From a virus, in the IMG/VR virus record IMGVR_UViG_3300032046_000008, positions 37,906 to 101,905 of that record: a stretch of DNA of 64,000 bases. One strand, 5' to 3'. The notes beneath the pieces were generated by a model that saw nothing but the letters and a program-made list of their open reading frames with translations, had not been told where the DNA came from and searched no databases. Below, piece by piece: positions 9,576 to 21,277 of the stretch (positions are counted from its first letter, which is position 1; each line of letters starts with the position of its first letter). A program made the translations under genes and the position numbers.

Positions 9576-10727
9576 CTAGACCTTCAGCATAAACCGAGGA
9601 GCCGATCCGGTCATCAATGCTCCTCCGCCTGTAAAAGGATCAGGCAAGGCTCCATAAGCCTGTGCAACACTCCAACCTGGGTGTGATGTCACATCCTCGT
9701 TTGTTGTAAGCCCCAGCCCTTCATGAACCTGCGTTGTCGCTTTTGCTCGTACGTAAGGAGTATGACTGAATACCCCTCCCAGCCAGTACCATCCAGGGGT
9801 CAGAACTTGGTTAATTGCAATCGCAGAATAAGCGACGGCAGCCGTCCCTACGGCACCAGCATCGAGGACCAGCGAGCCAGGGACACCAGCACCCATGTTG
9901 TAAATACCCAATCGCACATTGCTTAATGCCACCAATGTAGTTACTTCGATACCAATTTCAGTAAAGGTAGTAGATGCTCCCACATAAAATGGCACCGCAT
10001 AGAGTATATCTTTTGTAACATATAGAGTTGAGGTGATAGTCGAAGAGAGAGCCAGAGGAGATTCGTAATAGCGCCCGCTGACAAAAGAATAGGGAATATC
10101 AAGCACAGGCGAGTAACGAGCAACCTGCCACCGAGACAAATCAGCATCAAATTCCCCATATGCATACTGGGAACGAGAAATCCAGAGACAAACTATGGGC
10201 ACTTGCTGGACCAGAGCACCACCTCCAGTGAATGGATCTGGAAGAGCCCCATAAGCCTGTGCTACACTCCATCCAGCTTTCTTAGCAGTATCGGTGCCAG
10301 AAAGCCACCCTAACATTCCAGGCCCCGCAAATGTCGTTGTCTGTGCCCGCATCGTGGGAGTAGCATCGAAGATACAGACTGCCCAATACATACCAGGCTG
10401 TAAAGTTCTGACCATGGCCTGCCATTTCGCCCCAGTTGTGCCAGTTGCAACGACACCTACATCTTGGATTAGTATCCCAGGAATTCCTGCATTATCGGCA
10501 TAAAGACCGACTCGGCAATTGCCAGCGGAGAGAGTAGACACTTGTACTCCGATTGCTTGCACATCGGTAACATGGAGTAATTTAATTGGAATCGCGTAGA
10601 GAGTATTAACTGCAACCACAAAGGTAGATTGAGTGAGAATGTGCAAGGCATCTAGAGCTACACCACCTCTTATAGGAGGCAATTGCTGCGTCCAGCGCCG
10701 ATCTAGAGGTCTAACTGCCCATCCCAT
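9576..10727 (-). CDS. Virion structural protein with two tandem copies of a beta-sandwich domain
   Basis: Repeated LYA.P...R.G.Y...G.PG...L.PG.YW; identical 21-aa GWSVAQAYGALPDPFTGGGAL twice. Confidence 0.7.
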   Translation of the reverse strand: MGWAVRPLDRRWTQQLPPIRGGVALDALHILTQSTFVVAVNTLYAIPIKLLHVTDVQAIGVQVSTLSAGNCRVGLYADNAGIPGILIQDVGVVATGTTGAKWQAMVRTLQPGMYWAVCIFDATPTMRAQTTTFAGPGMLGWLSGTDTAKKAGWSVAQAYGALPDPFTGGGALVQQVPIVCLWISRSQYAYGEFDADLSRWQVARYSPVLDIPYSFVSGRYYESPLALSSTITSTLYVTKDILYAVPFYVGASTTFTEIGIEVTTLVALSNVRLGIYNMGAGVPGSLVLDAGAVGTAAVAYSAIAINQVLTPGWYWLGGVFSHTPYVRAKATTQVHEGLGLTTNEDVTSHPGWSVAQAYGALPDPFTGGGALMTGSAPRFMLKV

Positions 10728-11335
10728 TATGCCGCCCTCAACATCAATCGGGGATAAGTACCTTGCAATGCTATATAATAATTAGGATAAATATCTGATG
10801 GCTGGAAAAAGCGAGCAGGCCAACCATCATCTGGAGTAATGAGCCCACGATCCGATACTTCAAGCCCCCAACCTGCATAATTCTGACCAAGAGAAGAAGG
10901 ATCTGCAGAACGCCAACGCTGAACTGGCCCCGCAATAGAGGCTCGATAGGATACATCGCCAGTATTTGTCACAACTAACCAATAAATACCTGGCTGAAGT
11001 GTTACTGCAATAGCATGCTCTTTTCCTCCAACAGAATCAGCAGCTAAAGCACCGTTACCATCAAGTACAAGTTTGTCTGGCCAAACTCCATCCCATTGAG
11101 AGTCATAGATTGCCATCCTCAACAGAGATCCGGCTGCGCCAGCGCTGGAAATTTCACATGCCAAACGATCAAAACTTGTACGTGATGGAACCCAGATCTG
11201 CCCTCCATGAATAAATCCTGCAAAGACATAACAAGTAGTAACAGAATAACCAGCGATTGGGTAATAGCGCCCGCTGGCGAAAGGCGGCTGAAGATAGCAG
11301 GGCGGCCAGGCATTCCTTTTGATCGTCCAGGTCAT
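10727..11335 (-). CDS. Single-domain paralog of 9576..10727
   Basis: SGRYY, LRMAIYD, LVLD, TLQPGIYWL shared with the neighbour. Confidence 0.7.
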   Translation of the reverse strand: MTWTIKRNAWPPCYLQPPFASGRYYPIAGYSVTTCYVFAGFIHGGQIWVPSRTSFDRLACEISSAGAAGSLLRMAIYDSQWDGVWPDKLVLDGNGALAADSVGGKEHAIAVTLQPGIYWLVVTNTGDVSYRASIAGPVQRWRSADPSSLGQNYAGWGLEVSDRGLITPDDGWPARFFQPSDIYPNYYIALQGTYPRLMLRAA

Positions 11336-11665
11336 TTATATATTCTCCAAGACACAACCTGTTGCATCGACACCAACTGCTGAGGCGATGGCCTTAATTG
11401 TCTCGCTGGCAGCATCCAAAACTTGAATTCCTCTCCAACTTGCAGTTCCCTTCGCTGGTACAACTAAATCGTCGGCAAAATACTTAGCATTAGCACCACC
11501 ATCATCTAACCAGTAAACATCCACTGTGATATCCGATGTAGTTGTGTTTGTCAGATCAAGAGAAACCATCATCGCCCGCGTTGCACCGCCAGCAACGAAT
11601 GCTGTGTAGAGAGTTGTTGCTGCGATTCCAATTGCTGCTTGTATTGGTTGTGGTGTTGTGGCCAT
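11336..11665 (-). CDS. Small virion structural protein
   Basis: TTLYT...LTNTT...TVDVY...VPAKGT beta pattern typical of fibre-associated small proteins. Confidence 0.6.
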   Translation of the reverse strand: MATTPQPIQAAIGIAATTLYTAFVAGGATRAMMVSLDLTNTTTSDITVDVYWLDDGGANAKYFADDLVVPAKGTASWRGIQVLDAASETIKAIASAVGVDATGCVLENI

Positions 11666-11674
11666 GATGATCCT

Positions 11675-12445
11675 CTACAATGCTACTGCAAATCCAAGAG
11701 CAAGTATTTCATCTCCTGCTCCTGTTGCTCCCGTGCCTCCTACACCTGTAGGTCCAGTCGGACCAGTTGCTCCGGTTGGGCCAGTCGCTCCAGTTGGTCC
11801 TGGTTCAGTAGGACCAGTAGCCCCTGTTAACCCAGTACTTCCCGTTGGGCCACTTGGACCAGTAGGACCAGAGGCCCCACTTGGACCAGTTGGTCCACTA
11901 TTTGCATGTAGTCCTGTGTCTAGATAAGCTGCTATATCGCTATTGCCTGGTCCAGCCCAAGCTTCGAGTGCGATAGCAAAAGCGCCAGGAGTAGGATCTA
12001 CTCCCGCATCCTCTGCCATGGTTGCCGTTGCGCTTGGTCGCAGGTAGTGTCCAGCCACCACTGCTCCCGCAACCAAGATTTTGGATTGATAACCCATGTG
12101 GCGTACTCGGCCATCAATACCAACAGCAATGTTGTTATCATCCAGAACGCCGATAACCATATCATCATCTACGACATTGGTGACACCGAATGTCCTATCG
12201 CCGTTCTGGATAACCACAACACCCTGGCTGCGAACACCACCGCTGGCATTCTTCCACATGGTGACCGCACCGAGGATAGAGCCAACAACTCCAGTACCGC
12301 CTGAGCTTGGAGAGACTACACCGCCAACTGCCGTAGCGCGTATTGCATCGCCAGCAGCAACAGCATCCTTCCATGCCTTGAGACGACGGATCTCGCGGTC
12401 ATGAAGGACAAGGAGAGCTTCTAGTTTCTCGATTTCTCGACTCAC
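11675..12445 (-). CDS. Tail fibre-like protein with short collagen segment
   Basis: N-terminal coiled coil, beta domain, about 15 GPT/GAT triplets near C-terminus. Confidence 0.7.
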   Translation of the reverse strand: MSREIEKLEALLVLHDREIRRLKAWKDAVAAGDAIRATAVGGVVSPSSGGTGVVGSILGAVTMWKNASGGVRSQGVVVIQNGDRTFGVTNVVDDDMVIGVLDDNNIAVGIDGRVRHMGYQSKILVAGAVVAGHYLRPSATATMAEDAGVDPTPGAFAIALEAWAGPGNSDIAAYLDTGLHANSGPTGPSGASGPTGPSGPTGSTGLTGATGPTEPGPTGATGPTGATGPTGPTGVGGTGATGAGDEILALGFAVAL

Positions 12446-15400
12446 GGTATCTCCGCCCTCGCCGCCAACCCCTGTAGACTAACACGACCATTAGTCAAAT
12501 CATCAGCATCATAAGTAATGTCAACCCAATCTGGCGGCGAGACTGCCCAAGGATCGCCACGTCGCCAGATAAGCAGATCAGTGTTCAGAACCGCATTAAA
12601 GGCGATACATAACGCACCATTATTATCAATGGCGGCAGCCCACATGTCCTCGGTATCAAGAGAAGCATCGATCTCGCTCCCATGGACGTATTCTGCCCAG
12701 GCCTGCCCATTGTCCTCAGAGATACGAATGCTTCCACCATTGTTACCAGACTGAGAGATGCCATAGATAAGGCGACTGAGACTCTGTCTTATGATCCAAC
12801 GCGAGGCTGTGCCAGCAGGATTATCCTTCGTGACCCAGGCAACGCCGTAGTCATCTGTTACCTGAATAAGCGTGCCGCCGCCAGCCACAATGATGCGGTT
12901 CCCGTCGCCGAAAACTACCCACAATCCCTCTGTTTCGTTGCCAGTTACCCCCATTGTGTGGTCTTCCCAGGCGCTTGTCGTGAAATTAAGTTTGGTCAGA
13001 GTAGCACCATTCGTATCATGGATACTAGTGATGACGACGATGTCCTTGTCCGAGGGATGCACTGCGATATCAACAGGATAGAGACAAGTGGCACCAGTAC
13101 CAGCGTCTACGTAAACCGCAACACCCCAGGTCACTCCATCATCTAACGACTGATAAACCTTGAGACTCTCGCCATCATCTGTATGCGAGCCCCAAAGTGC
13201 CCAAAGTATTCCACCTGGCACAGTTGGTGGCACACCTGGCCCGATGGTCACGGCTACCACTCCGCGATTATTAGGAGCATCCTTTGCCAGCACAACAGTC
13301 CATGTCGCCCCGCCATCATCACTCCGTTCCAGATCACCAGGGCCACCAATATTACCCCAGGTCATCGCATTGGCGATTCTGTAGAGATTGCCATTCAGAT
13401 TTCGTAAATGCCAGTTCTGATTACCGGCATCCGTCGATTCTTCCGTCCAGGCGTTGCCCAACAAGCTAAGGAGTGCCTTATCATCAGCCTCTATCTGTGC
13501 CCATGGCTCGCCCACGTAATTCGGGTTAGGACTACCCTGCCCTTCAAATGCTACCATATAACCCCTCGCGCCAGGAGCGGCAGCGAAGTCAGGAAAGCCC
13601 ACAGCAGGTCGCAGAAGTTCTACGTTCTCAAAGCGATCCCAGGTCTTGTAGAGGAAACCATCAACAATACCAGCGCCATCAAGAGCGGCCACGATGTAGC
13701 ACCCTGCCATGCCGCCGATGAGAGCACCTATCCAGACACCATGCTCCGCCTCGTACCCCGCCCCTAGTTGACCAGGGGCAGGGGCAACCGTGGCCGTCAT
13801 CACTCCAGTCGCGGGGTCCACATCCCCTCGATAGTTGATGTTGTCATCGAAGGCGAAGCAGAACTTGCCGAACTCTAGATCCGGTGCAATCCAGCGGCCA
13901 TGAGGCTTAGCAGGACAGAGAAGACAACGGGACCACTCGGCTCCTGCTCCCAGGATATCCCAGGTGTAATAGACCGCCGGAACATGACTAACAGAATCAA
14001 GAATAATAGCAAGCTCGCCTGCCTCGCGAGAAGCAGCTTCACGGACATAGATGTCTACAGGAGCTGGAGCGCCGCCCGCACCAGGACCCCAAATAGTGCG
14101 CATTGGAGGATCTGGATTTTCCCCAGCTGGAGTAATTTCATCTCGTGAATCGAAACAAACAGATACCCATCCAACAGCTACAGTCCATTTCTCTACATTA
14201 TTACAAGGGGAGGATGCCCATACGCGTCTCTCGGCATATAAGGCTTGTTCGGCTGGATGCCAATAAAGACCCCAATACTGAGTAGCCACAGGCCCAATCT
14301 GACGCCAATCGCCATCCCAGGTGGTCCCGTTATCAGTAGACCGTGCAATCCGGCCCCAAGTCTGGGTCACATCAAACCATGCACAGTAGAATTCTGATCT
14401 GGTAGGTCCAACTATGAGTTGAGCCTGGAAATTGTCAATCCCAGTATTCCACTCGGCAGGAGAAGGAAGTGTCCAGTTGTCTCCTAGATCATCTGTATAA
14501 GCTATTAGACTATTAGTCCAGGAACTACCAGCAAAAATAAGACGGTCACCAGACCCCCACACCAAATCACTCCAAAGAGGGCCGCGATATTGTACAGTCC
14601 GAGTGTATGGGATTTTAGCCCATTTGGTTGTCCATGTGCTACCACCATTTGTAGTGTAATGAAGTATATCGTAGAAGCCCATATATATTCCGGAACCTGC
14701 TACGTTATAGCCTATAATAGCAATCTTATCGGGATCCGTTGGATGGCAAGCTAATGATTCTAGGACTGTCTCAGAAGAAGTAAGGTGTAAGATGTGGTCA
14801 AAAACCCAGGTCGCTCCATCGGTATTTGATTTATAAACTTCGCTCTGATTATTATCATTATCAAAGTAACACATCCAAAGAGTGCCATCTGCAGCTCGAT
14901 CCAAACTACAAACGCCACTGAAATCCGTACTGCCACCTCCATCATCATAAGCAAAAACTTCTGTCCATACCTGCCCACCATCTACTGAGCGGTCTAAACT
15001 CCCCACGCCGTGATAAGTATCTCCAAAGCCCTGCGCTGAACGGATACGGAATAGAATATCATTCAGGTTCTTTATATTCCGTGCTGAACCTACTGGGACG
15101 GCAGCCTCCTCCATGAGCATTGACCAGTCGGCTACCCCATATTCGATGATCCTATGGTGGTAGTTCCCGCCGCCAGCATCCCAGCGCGGGCCATGGATAC
15201 GCACAGCGTCATTAAACTGTGGAGCAGAACCACCCAAATCTACTGTCAATTCTCCACCCAAAGCAGCCTTCGCCCAGGTATGTGTGCGTGTGGGATCAAA
15301 AGCTATCAGCGGACCAGGAACCACACCCTCTCCGCCGAAGACCCATACACCATCAGGCGCAGGCGTACCAATGCGACTTAGGCGAAGATTAGGCAGATTG

Positions 15401-17199
15401 AAAACGAGTTTCAGATCGTCATAGAGTGTCCAAGTGTCGCCATCGTCCTGGGAACGATAGAGTCTGCCATCCCGTGTGACAGCCCAAGCATCAGGCGGCC
15501 AGTTCATATCAGGCCAGATGTGCTCAATGGGCGAGCCTACAGCAGCCATGACCGAAGTTGGTGCAGTGGCACAATAGTCAGTTGTCTTCCAAATCTCGCC
15601 CGCCGATGTCCCAAACCAGGCCACCCCAAAGGTGAGACCATCGGTAACGATCTTGGCTCCGACGCTTATCACTACGGGCGGGACACCGCCAAAGTCCGCC
15701 CAATCATTCCAGGTCACACCACCATCAGGAGAGCCCGAGAACCACTGATCAAAGGCAGCGAAGAGAGCAGGAACATACATATCTTCGGAGCCAGGAGTGA
15801 TAGGAATGGTCAATGTGATGCTATCCGCGCAGCCATCGGGATCTGTGACAGTAAGTGTGACTTCCCAGGTTCCGATTATACCAGGATCAATCCGCACGGT
15901 AGCAATTGGACCTGTAAATGTGGCAATTTCTGGTACTGTAACCTGGTTATCGCTCCAAGCGTAGGTGAGAGCACCACCATCAGGGTCCATACTACCGCTT
16001 GCATCAAAAGTCACTACAGCCCATAACTGGGTACCAATAACTTCCAGATCGCCAGTATGATTGAAAAGTGCAAAGGGACAGACAGTAACATGGCTACCAG
16101 CCTCAGCGCCACCACGTAGATCAAGCGTCGTACTGAAATCTTTCTCATCAATTGAAGTTTGGTAGGATTCTGTGAACCAATGCCCCGTCTGTCGAGAATA
16201 GCCAGGATCCTCGATCCCAACCGTTCCTCGTAGGAACACTTGTGGGTCACCATCTACTGCCACGCCAATCTTCGTAAGGAGACGATTTAGTACCCCTACA
16301 AGACGCACTGCTACACTAGCAGCCTTAGCAGGAGTATCAATTAACTCATTACTGAACAGAATGTCATTGTAGGCTTGCCCACCAGAGGGTGTACGAATCC
16401 AGGGACTGGGAGCCAGGGCTCTACCCTCAACATCAATGCTGTCCTCTGTACCATCAGCATTCGTTTGCGTGTAAGTGCAGCCCCTCACCACAGCCTCATT
16501 CTTTGCTTCTCGTATTTCCTGGTCAACCTTGACACTGCGCAGTCGTGGGCGAGCCGGAGCTACTATGCCAGCAGGATAGCCCTCCACCAGTCCTGTCAAT
16601 TGCATGCCAAAGTATTCTCGCCAGGAGTTCAACGCCGGTATCTGGTCACAGACCTCGACATGCACTGTGCCGTCAGGAATCTCGTACCAGCGACCACCAT
16701 CGACTTCTGCCACCTTGTCTATAGCCTCGCCATAGGTCTGGAATGTTAAGGTCTGTTCGCAGACCGTGCCAATAGTCCAAGCAGGCAGATTGACAGCAAA
16801 GTTGATGATACCTGCCTGCGTAAGGAGAGCAGTGACAGCAACTTGAGCAGTCACACTGGAGAAAGTGTAGATGACCTCGTGCCAATGGAAGTCTAGCGGC
16901 CAGGACTTGCCGACGCATTCAATATTGCAACCCTGCTCATCTGGATTAACATGCATCACCTTGCCGGTGAACACGCGCTGGACGACATTGTTGAAGCCTG
17001 CTTCTATATAGACATCAGCGAAGAACTTGATAGAAGCCGAAGGGGGATTCTTTATGCGGATAGAGGCTGAAGGAACCTGGCCGATGGCAAAGGACCAAGA
17101 GGCAGATTGGACGCGAGAGACTTGAGCGCCAGCAATAACGACCTTGAGGGTTGCCTGTTTGGCATCTACTTCTTCATAGTATTCAGTTAGAGTTGGCAT
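12442..17199 (-). CDS. Large tail tip / baseplate hub protein with PKD domain and BNR (Asp-box) beta-propellers
   Basis: 1585 aa after tape measure and Dit; [16 protein letters not shown]...VTLTVTD (PKD); many SxDxGxTW boxes. Confidence 0.8.
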   Translation of the reverse strand: MPTLTEYYEEVDAKQATLKVVIAGAQVSRVQSASWSFAIGQVPSASIRIKNPPSASIKFFADVYIEAGFNNVVQRVFTGKVMHVNPDEQGCNIECVGKSWPLDFHWHEVIYTFSSVTAQVAVTALLTQAGIINFAVNLPAWTIGTVCEQTLTFQTYGEAIDKVAEVDGGRWYEIPDGTVHVEVCDQIPALNSWREYFGMQLTGLVEGYPAGIVAPARPRLRSVKVDQEIREAKNEAVVRGCTYTQTNADGTEDSIDVEGRALAPSPWIRTPSGGQAYNDILFSNELIDTPAKAASVAVRLVGVLNRLLTKIGVAVDGDPQVFLRGTVGIEDPGYSRQTGHWFTESYQTSIDEKDFSTTLDLRGGAEAGSHVTVCPFALFNHTGDLEVIGTQLWAVVTFDASGSMDPDGGALTYAWSDNQVTVPEIATFTGPIATVRIDPGIIGTWEVTLTVTDPDGCADSITLTIPITPGSEDMYVPALFAAFDQWFSGSPDGGVTWNDWADFGGVPPVVISVGAKIVTDGLTFGVAWFGTSAGEIWKTTDYCATAPTSVMAAVGSPIEHIWPDMNWPPDAWAVTRDGRLYRSQDDGDTWTLYDDLKLVFNLPNLRLSRIGTPAPDGVWVFGGEGVVPGPLIAFDPTRTHTWAKAALGGELTVDLGGSAPQFNDAVRIHGPRWDAGGGNYHHRIIEYGVADWSMLMEEAAVPVGSARNIKNLNDILFRIRSAQGFGDTYHGVGSLDRSVDGGQVWTEVFAYDDGGGSTDFSGVCSLDRAADGTLWMCYFDNDNNQSEVYKSNTDGATWVFDHILHLTSSETVLESLACHPTDPDKIAIIGYNVAGSGIYMGFYDILHYTTNGGSTWTTKWAKIPYTRTVQYRGPLWSDLVWGSGDRLIFAGSSWTNSLIAYTDDLGDNWTLPSPAEWNTGIDNFQAQLIVGPTRSEFYCAWFDVTQTWGRIARSTDNGTTWDGDWRQIGPVATQYWGLYWHPAEQALYAERRVWASSPCNNVEKWTVAVGWVSVCFDSRDEITPAGENPDPPMRTIWGPGAGGAPAPVDIYVREAASREAGELAIILDSVSHVPAVYYTWDILGAGAEWSRCLLCPAKPHGRWIAPDLEFGKFCFAFDDNINYRGDVDPATGVMTATVAPAPGQLGAGYEAEHGVWIGALIGGMAGCYIVAALDGAGIVDGFLYKTWDRFENVELLRPAVGFPDFAAAPGARGYMVAFEGQGSPNPNYVGEPWAQIEADDKALLSLLGNAWTEESTDAGNQNWHLRNLNGNLYRIANAMTWGNIGGPGDLERSDDGGATWTVVLAKDAPNNRGVVAVTIGPGVPPTVPGGILWALWGSHTDDGESLKVYQSLDDGVTWGVAVYVDAGTGATCLYPVDIAVHPSDKDIVVITSIHDTNGATLTKLNFTTSAWEDHTMGVTGNETEGLWVVFGDGNRIIVAGGGTLIQVTDDYGVAWVTKDNPAGTASRWIIRQSLSRLIYGISQSGNNGGSIRISEDNGQAWAEYVHGSEIDASLDTEDMWAAAIDNNGALCIAFNAVLNTDLLIWRRGDPWAVSPPDWVDITYDADDLTNGRVSLQGLAARAEIP

Positions 17200-17200
17200 C

Positions 17201-17581
17201 TCACTGGCTTACCAATTCTATCCTGGCCCGAATCTTCCGTTCGGTGCTGCCATCGCTACAGAGAGCAGCCACCCAAGCAAGTTGTGTCACCTTCGCCAGA
17301 TAGGCAGAACGACTATCGGGTATCGGGCGTGACCAATCGGTGAAGGAATTTGTCGTGTTGACCAATGCCTCCAGCGCAGCATAGCGGCTAGGACTCAGAT
17401 GACATTCAAATGATCGCTCTGCTGAACCTATTGCCAGAGCCACAATGTCATCAGTAGCCGATCCAAGGGGTCTGCTACGATTAATACTGGGACTACGATT
17501 CCAGCCAGTATCTGTATCTGGGAGAGGCCATTCCTCTCGCTGGAAGAGAAAAGCGCCGAAACCTGCCCATGGATATGCCAT
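17201..17581 (-). CDS. Putative distal tail protein
   Basis: 126 aa between tape measure and tail tip. Confidence 0.55.
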   Translation of the reverse strand: MAYPWAGFGAFLFQREEWPLPDTDTGWNRSPSINRSRPLGSATDDIVALAIGSAERSFECHLSPSRYAALEALVNTTNSFTDWSRPIPDSRSAYLAKVTQLAWVAALCSDGSTERKIRARIELVSQ

Positions 17582-20500
17582 TAGCCTATCCCCGAACTAA
17601 GAGCTGCACCGCTCTTGAAACTCTGAGTCCTTGCGCGATCAAGAGCATTATCAACTTCAGAATGGACTGCGCTCTTAATCGCTATCCAGTCCATACCCTG
17701 GATAGCAACTGAGATGGGAAGCGACCATTGATTGGACGGGACAATGCGTTCTCCACCATGAACCATTGCCATAACTGGTCGCCCAACAGGACCAGGAACA
17801 ACACCTCCAAATTGGTACCCAGGCGTGTAGATCCATTGACCATTAACAAATGACCAACCAGATCCTGTAGGACCAGTTGGTGCTGCGCTAGCAGGAACAT
17901 TCGTAGCAGGTGCCGCTACTCCTGGCAGGCCTATGATAGCCTGAACTTGTTGGATATTACCAAGAGCAATTATCATCTGGGCATACTGCGCAATGATATT
18001 CTGATTAACTCCGAACCATGCAAGAGCCCCGCTGATAATATCACTCTGTTGGGTTGTGAGCCCAGGTAATGCTTGAATGATACGATTGACAGTGTCTTCA
18101 ACTTGTAGATCAGTCAGAAGATTCTGATTAGCTAGAGTGGCCTCTGCGCGCCTGATGTCGTTTAGGAGCCGTCGTTGCTCCCCTTGCCGCTGTAACACAT
18201 CTAATTGTGCATTGATTGCGTCAAGTTCTCGTTCTGCCGGACCCTTGCCCTTCTCTTCGCCTGTTATTTGCTTCTTTAGCTTTTCCTCGAGCAGAGTGTT
18301 GCCCTTGCCTTGAATCTGATTCAGACGATCTTGTAGGTCTGATATCCGCTTCTCGCGTGCTAGTTTCTCTTCTTCTGCCTGTGCTTCCAGATCTAGCGCT
18401 CTCAATTTGAGTCTGGCCATCTCCAGATCTTCTTGCGCACTCTCAACAGTAGGAAGGCCCAGAAGTCTGTCGAGAGCTGAGGTATAGACATCAACAGAAC
18501 TGGCAAGGTTAGTGAATAGATCGTTCAAGGCTTGCAGAGGCTCGGCAACAGCTTCTGTTGCCTCGGCAGCACTTCCTGCCGCATCCGATGCTTGACTACC
18601 AAAGTTAACATACTGCCGAGTCAGTTTGTCTACATCGATACCTGCCTTTGCGGTCTCTAACGAGATCTGGCCAACCGCTTGTGCTATCTTCTCGAATATC
18701 GGCCCGAAGAATGGAAGCTTTAAGAATTCTGGTGGCAGATTAAGTTTGGTGATCCCTAATGCGATGGGAATAGCGATGTGCAATCTCATCACATAATCAA
18801 CAAAAGTCAAAACTTTCTGGACAGAAAGCGCATCGAGTTGAGGCAAGATCTCAACGACCGTTTCTTCGGGCAGCAGTTTGAATAACTCTAATACCTTCTG
18901 AAATTCAGTTTGTGCCGTTGGGCCGAATGCTTGCAAAAATCGTGCACCAAGAATCTGGAGTTCGAGCTGAACATCTTCAGCCCGCGCAGCTATGAAACCC
19001 AAGCGGGCATTGTATTCATCTAATTCCCTCTGACGTTCTGGAGGAAGAACACCGCCAAATGAATCTGCCAAAGCTTCAAGATCATTCACCTTGCGCTTTA
19101 GTTCGAGTTCTTCTAGACTATTCTGGAAATTCGGAAGGACAAGATCACTAAGTTGTTTGACAACATCATCAACGCCGACTATTTGTTCCGCTACCTCTTT
19201 CGCAGATTTACCAACTTCCGCCAAGCCTTCGGCTGTTATCTCAAGTGGACGTATCAGTTTGACAAAGTCCGTTCTCAATGCTTCCACATCAGGATGTAGT
19301 GCTCTTAATCTCTTCTCTTCTTCCTCTAACACAGCATTAAGAGCTTTGGCTGCTTGTGGATATTTCTTTGTAATGTCGTATAATTCCCAAAATGAAGCTG
19401 GAGGACCCAATTTAGAATATTGTTCAATCAGTTTTTCAAGCTCATCTCGATGCTGCCCAGCAGCACTTGTGCCTTGAACATAAAGCCAGATTGCTTCTCG
19501 GAGTCCAGTCTTCTCTTTTTCTTGCGCTACCATCAATGCAAGAAGAGCCTCAGTAGTTCTTTGTATTCCAAGCCTACGCGCTTCCTGATCCGACATACCT
19601 TCTGCTATAGCCTGATTCACAAACTCTAATGCATCACCGTATTCTCTCTGTATCTTCGCTGCAATCTGTGCTTCTCTTGCTGCGCCCGTGAGCCAGGCAA
19701 TAAGCCCACTGCCTGTTAGTTTTGAGACTACTTGGTCTGCTAGGATAATGGTTCCTGTGAAAAGAATCAATTGACCTTGGAGCGTCCCGAAAGCAATCCC
19801 TAGCAAAGTGGTACTTGTGGCAAGAAGACCTTCAGAAGCAACTGCTGCGCCCAACCAAGTCACAAGATTCATGAGCATCCCAATGAATGCTGCAATTTGA
19901 ACGGCTACAATAGCTGCTCCTATCGCCAAAAAGCCAAGCGCAACCGCAGGCAAAGAGCCAGCAAGCGGAGTGACAATTCCAGCAGCCTTAGATGCCAAAC
20001 TGAGAAAGAGACCAAAGGCACCCGCCATTTTCGCACCCGCTGCAACGACAGTTGCCTGATTCTTGTCTATCGCCTCAATGACCGCACCCAGACCTGCCTT
20101 GTATTTCGAGACAAAGGGCATTGCAAGGGCTGCTAGCATTAAATTGAAATTGTCACCTAAGGTAGATTGCAGGCCGCCAATAGTCGTGGATTGTTTCACC
20201 ATCAAGCCACTAAAGCGTCCTAGCTCTGTAGATAATGCAGCGAACACCTCATCCGCACTGGCTCCTTCCTTCGCCATTTCCTCCATTTGATTTCTGGCAG
20301 TTCCAGACATAAGACCCAATTCCTGGAGACGCATGGCCGACTCTCCAAAAGGTCTGCCAGACTGGATGGCGCTGTACGCACGGCCAACCCAGAAAGCAAT
20401 CTCCTCGATGCCAACACTTACGCCTGCCGCTGCATCACCGACCATCGTTAGGTTCTTCATCGAATACAAACCAAAGGTCTCAAGAAGACGAGCAGCCTTT

Positions 20501-20832
20501 GAAATGCCTGGAAGTGTGAATGGTGTTTCGGCAGCAAATTTCGCCAGTTCGGCGATGCGTGCCTGGGCCTTGTCAGCAGAGCCGAGCAGAGTCTCGAAAC
20601 CCAGTTTCATCTGTTCCATCTGATCGGCTGTACGGAGACCCTGCATACCAAACTTCATCGCAGATGCACCAACAGCAGCAATACTAACAGCAGCCGCTGC
20701 TCCAGCAACCTTGAGTTTGGTGCTAAGGCCTGTAGCCACCTGCGAAGTGGCCTGATTCATCTGGTCCATGCCACGCATGTATTGAGGCAATCCCTCGATG
20801 GTGGCAGCTACTCCGATCTTCTCATACGCCAT
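17581..20832 (-). CDS. Tail tape measure protein
   Basis: FETLLGSADKA..IAELAKFAAETPF tape-measure motif; long Ala-rich helices; C-terminal GGVVPGP.G.PV.A.VHGGE. Confidence 0.93.
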   Translation of the reverse strand: MAYEKIGVAATIEGLPQYMRGMDQMNQATSQVATGLSTKLKVAGAAAAVSIAAVGASAMKFGMQGLRTADQMEQMKLGFETLLGSADKAQARIAELAKFAAETPFTLPGISKAARLLETFGLYSMKNLTMVGDAAAGVSVGIEEIAFWVGRAYSAIQSGRPFGESAMRLQELGLMSGTARNQMEEMAKEGASADEVFAALSTELGRFSGLMVKQSTTIGGLQSTLGDNFNLMLAALAMPFVSKYKAGLGAVIEAIDKNQATVVAAGAKMAGAFGLFLSLASKAAGIVTPLAGSLPAVALGFLAIGAAIVAVQIAAFIGMLMNLVTWLGAAVASEGLLATSTTLLGIAFGTLQGQLILFTGTIILADQVVSKLTGSGLIAWLTGAAREAQIAAKIQREYGDALEFVNQAIAEGMSDQEARRLGIQRTTEALLALMVAQEKEKTGLREAIWLYVQGTSAAGQHRDELEKLIEQYSKLGPPASFWELYDITKKYPQAAKALNAVLEEEEKRLRALHPDVEALRTDFVKLIRPLEITAEGLAEVGKSAKEVAEQIVGVDDVVKQLSDLVLPNFQNSLEELELKRKVNDLEALADSFGGVLPPERQRELDEYNARLGFIAARAEDVQLELQILGARFLQAFGPTAQTEFQKVLELFKLLPEETVVEILPQLDALSVQKVLTFVDYVMRLHIAIPIALGITKLNLPPEFLKLPFFGPIFEKIAQAVGQISLETAKAGIDVDKLTRQYVNFGSQASDAAGSAAEATEAVAEPLQALNDLFTNLASSVDVYTSALDRLLGLPTVESAQEDLEMARLKLRALDLEAQAEEEKLAREKRISDLQDRLNQIQGKGNTLLEEKLKKQITGEEKGKGPAERELDAINAQLDVLQRQGEQRRLLNDIRRAEATLANQNLLTDLQVEDTVNRIIQALPGLTTQQSDIISGALAWFGVNQNIIAQYAQMIIALGNIQQVQAIIGLPGVAAPATNVPASAAPTGPTGSGWSFVNGQWIYTPGYQFGGVVPGPVGRPVMAMVHGGERIVPSNQWSLPISVAIQGMDWIAIKSAVHSEVDNALDRARTQSFKSGAALSSGIG

Positions 20833-20983
20833 TATTTTGTACCTTGCGGAAGGTGATTTTCGTCATTTGAGGCAGACAAACTAGTCGGGGCTAATGAATC
20901 GGGCGGGCCTTTTATTTTAGGCCCTGCGATCCACGTAAAATCGGGCGAGACAGCCGTTCTGAAGCCGTTCCCGCGCGACATTT

Positions 20984-21277
20984 TTAGTTCCTCTTGGCCT
21001 TAGGCATTTTGCTATCTATATGCTTCTGGATCGCATCTTCCTGATGTAATTCAACAAGGCGATGTACACGATGATGAGCTATTCCAAATATCCTATCTTG
21101 CTTCGGCAACTGCTGCCATTGTGTCCAGTTATAGTTATTGAACCTTGCGGCCTCTCTTTCTTCGTATAGGGGGATTAGCCCTAGGTACGATGGCCCCAGC
21201 GTCAGGCCGGTTTGAATCGCTTTGCTTAGATAGGCGCTTGTTATCGGCTCGCCGTTCCGCTCTATTCCGAAAGGCAT
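20984..21277 (-). CDS. Tail assembly chaperone, frameshifted C-terminal part (gpT-like)
   Basis: Overlaps upstream chaperone in +1 frame; lies just before tape measure. Confidence 0.7.
   Translation of the reverse strand: MPFGIERNGEPITSAYLSKAIQTGLTLGPSYLGLIPLYEEREAARFNNYNWTQWQQLPKQDRIFGIAHHRVHRLVELHQEDAIQKHIDSKMPKAKRN

Noticed and set aside
9617-10277. Duplicated segment as a possible DGR template/variable repeat pair
   Set aside because: Differences are synonymous, not adenine-specific; both copies are coding; no reverse transcriptase in the window
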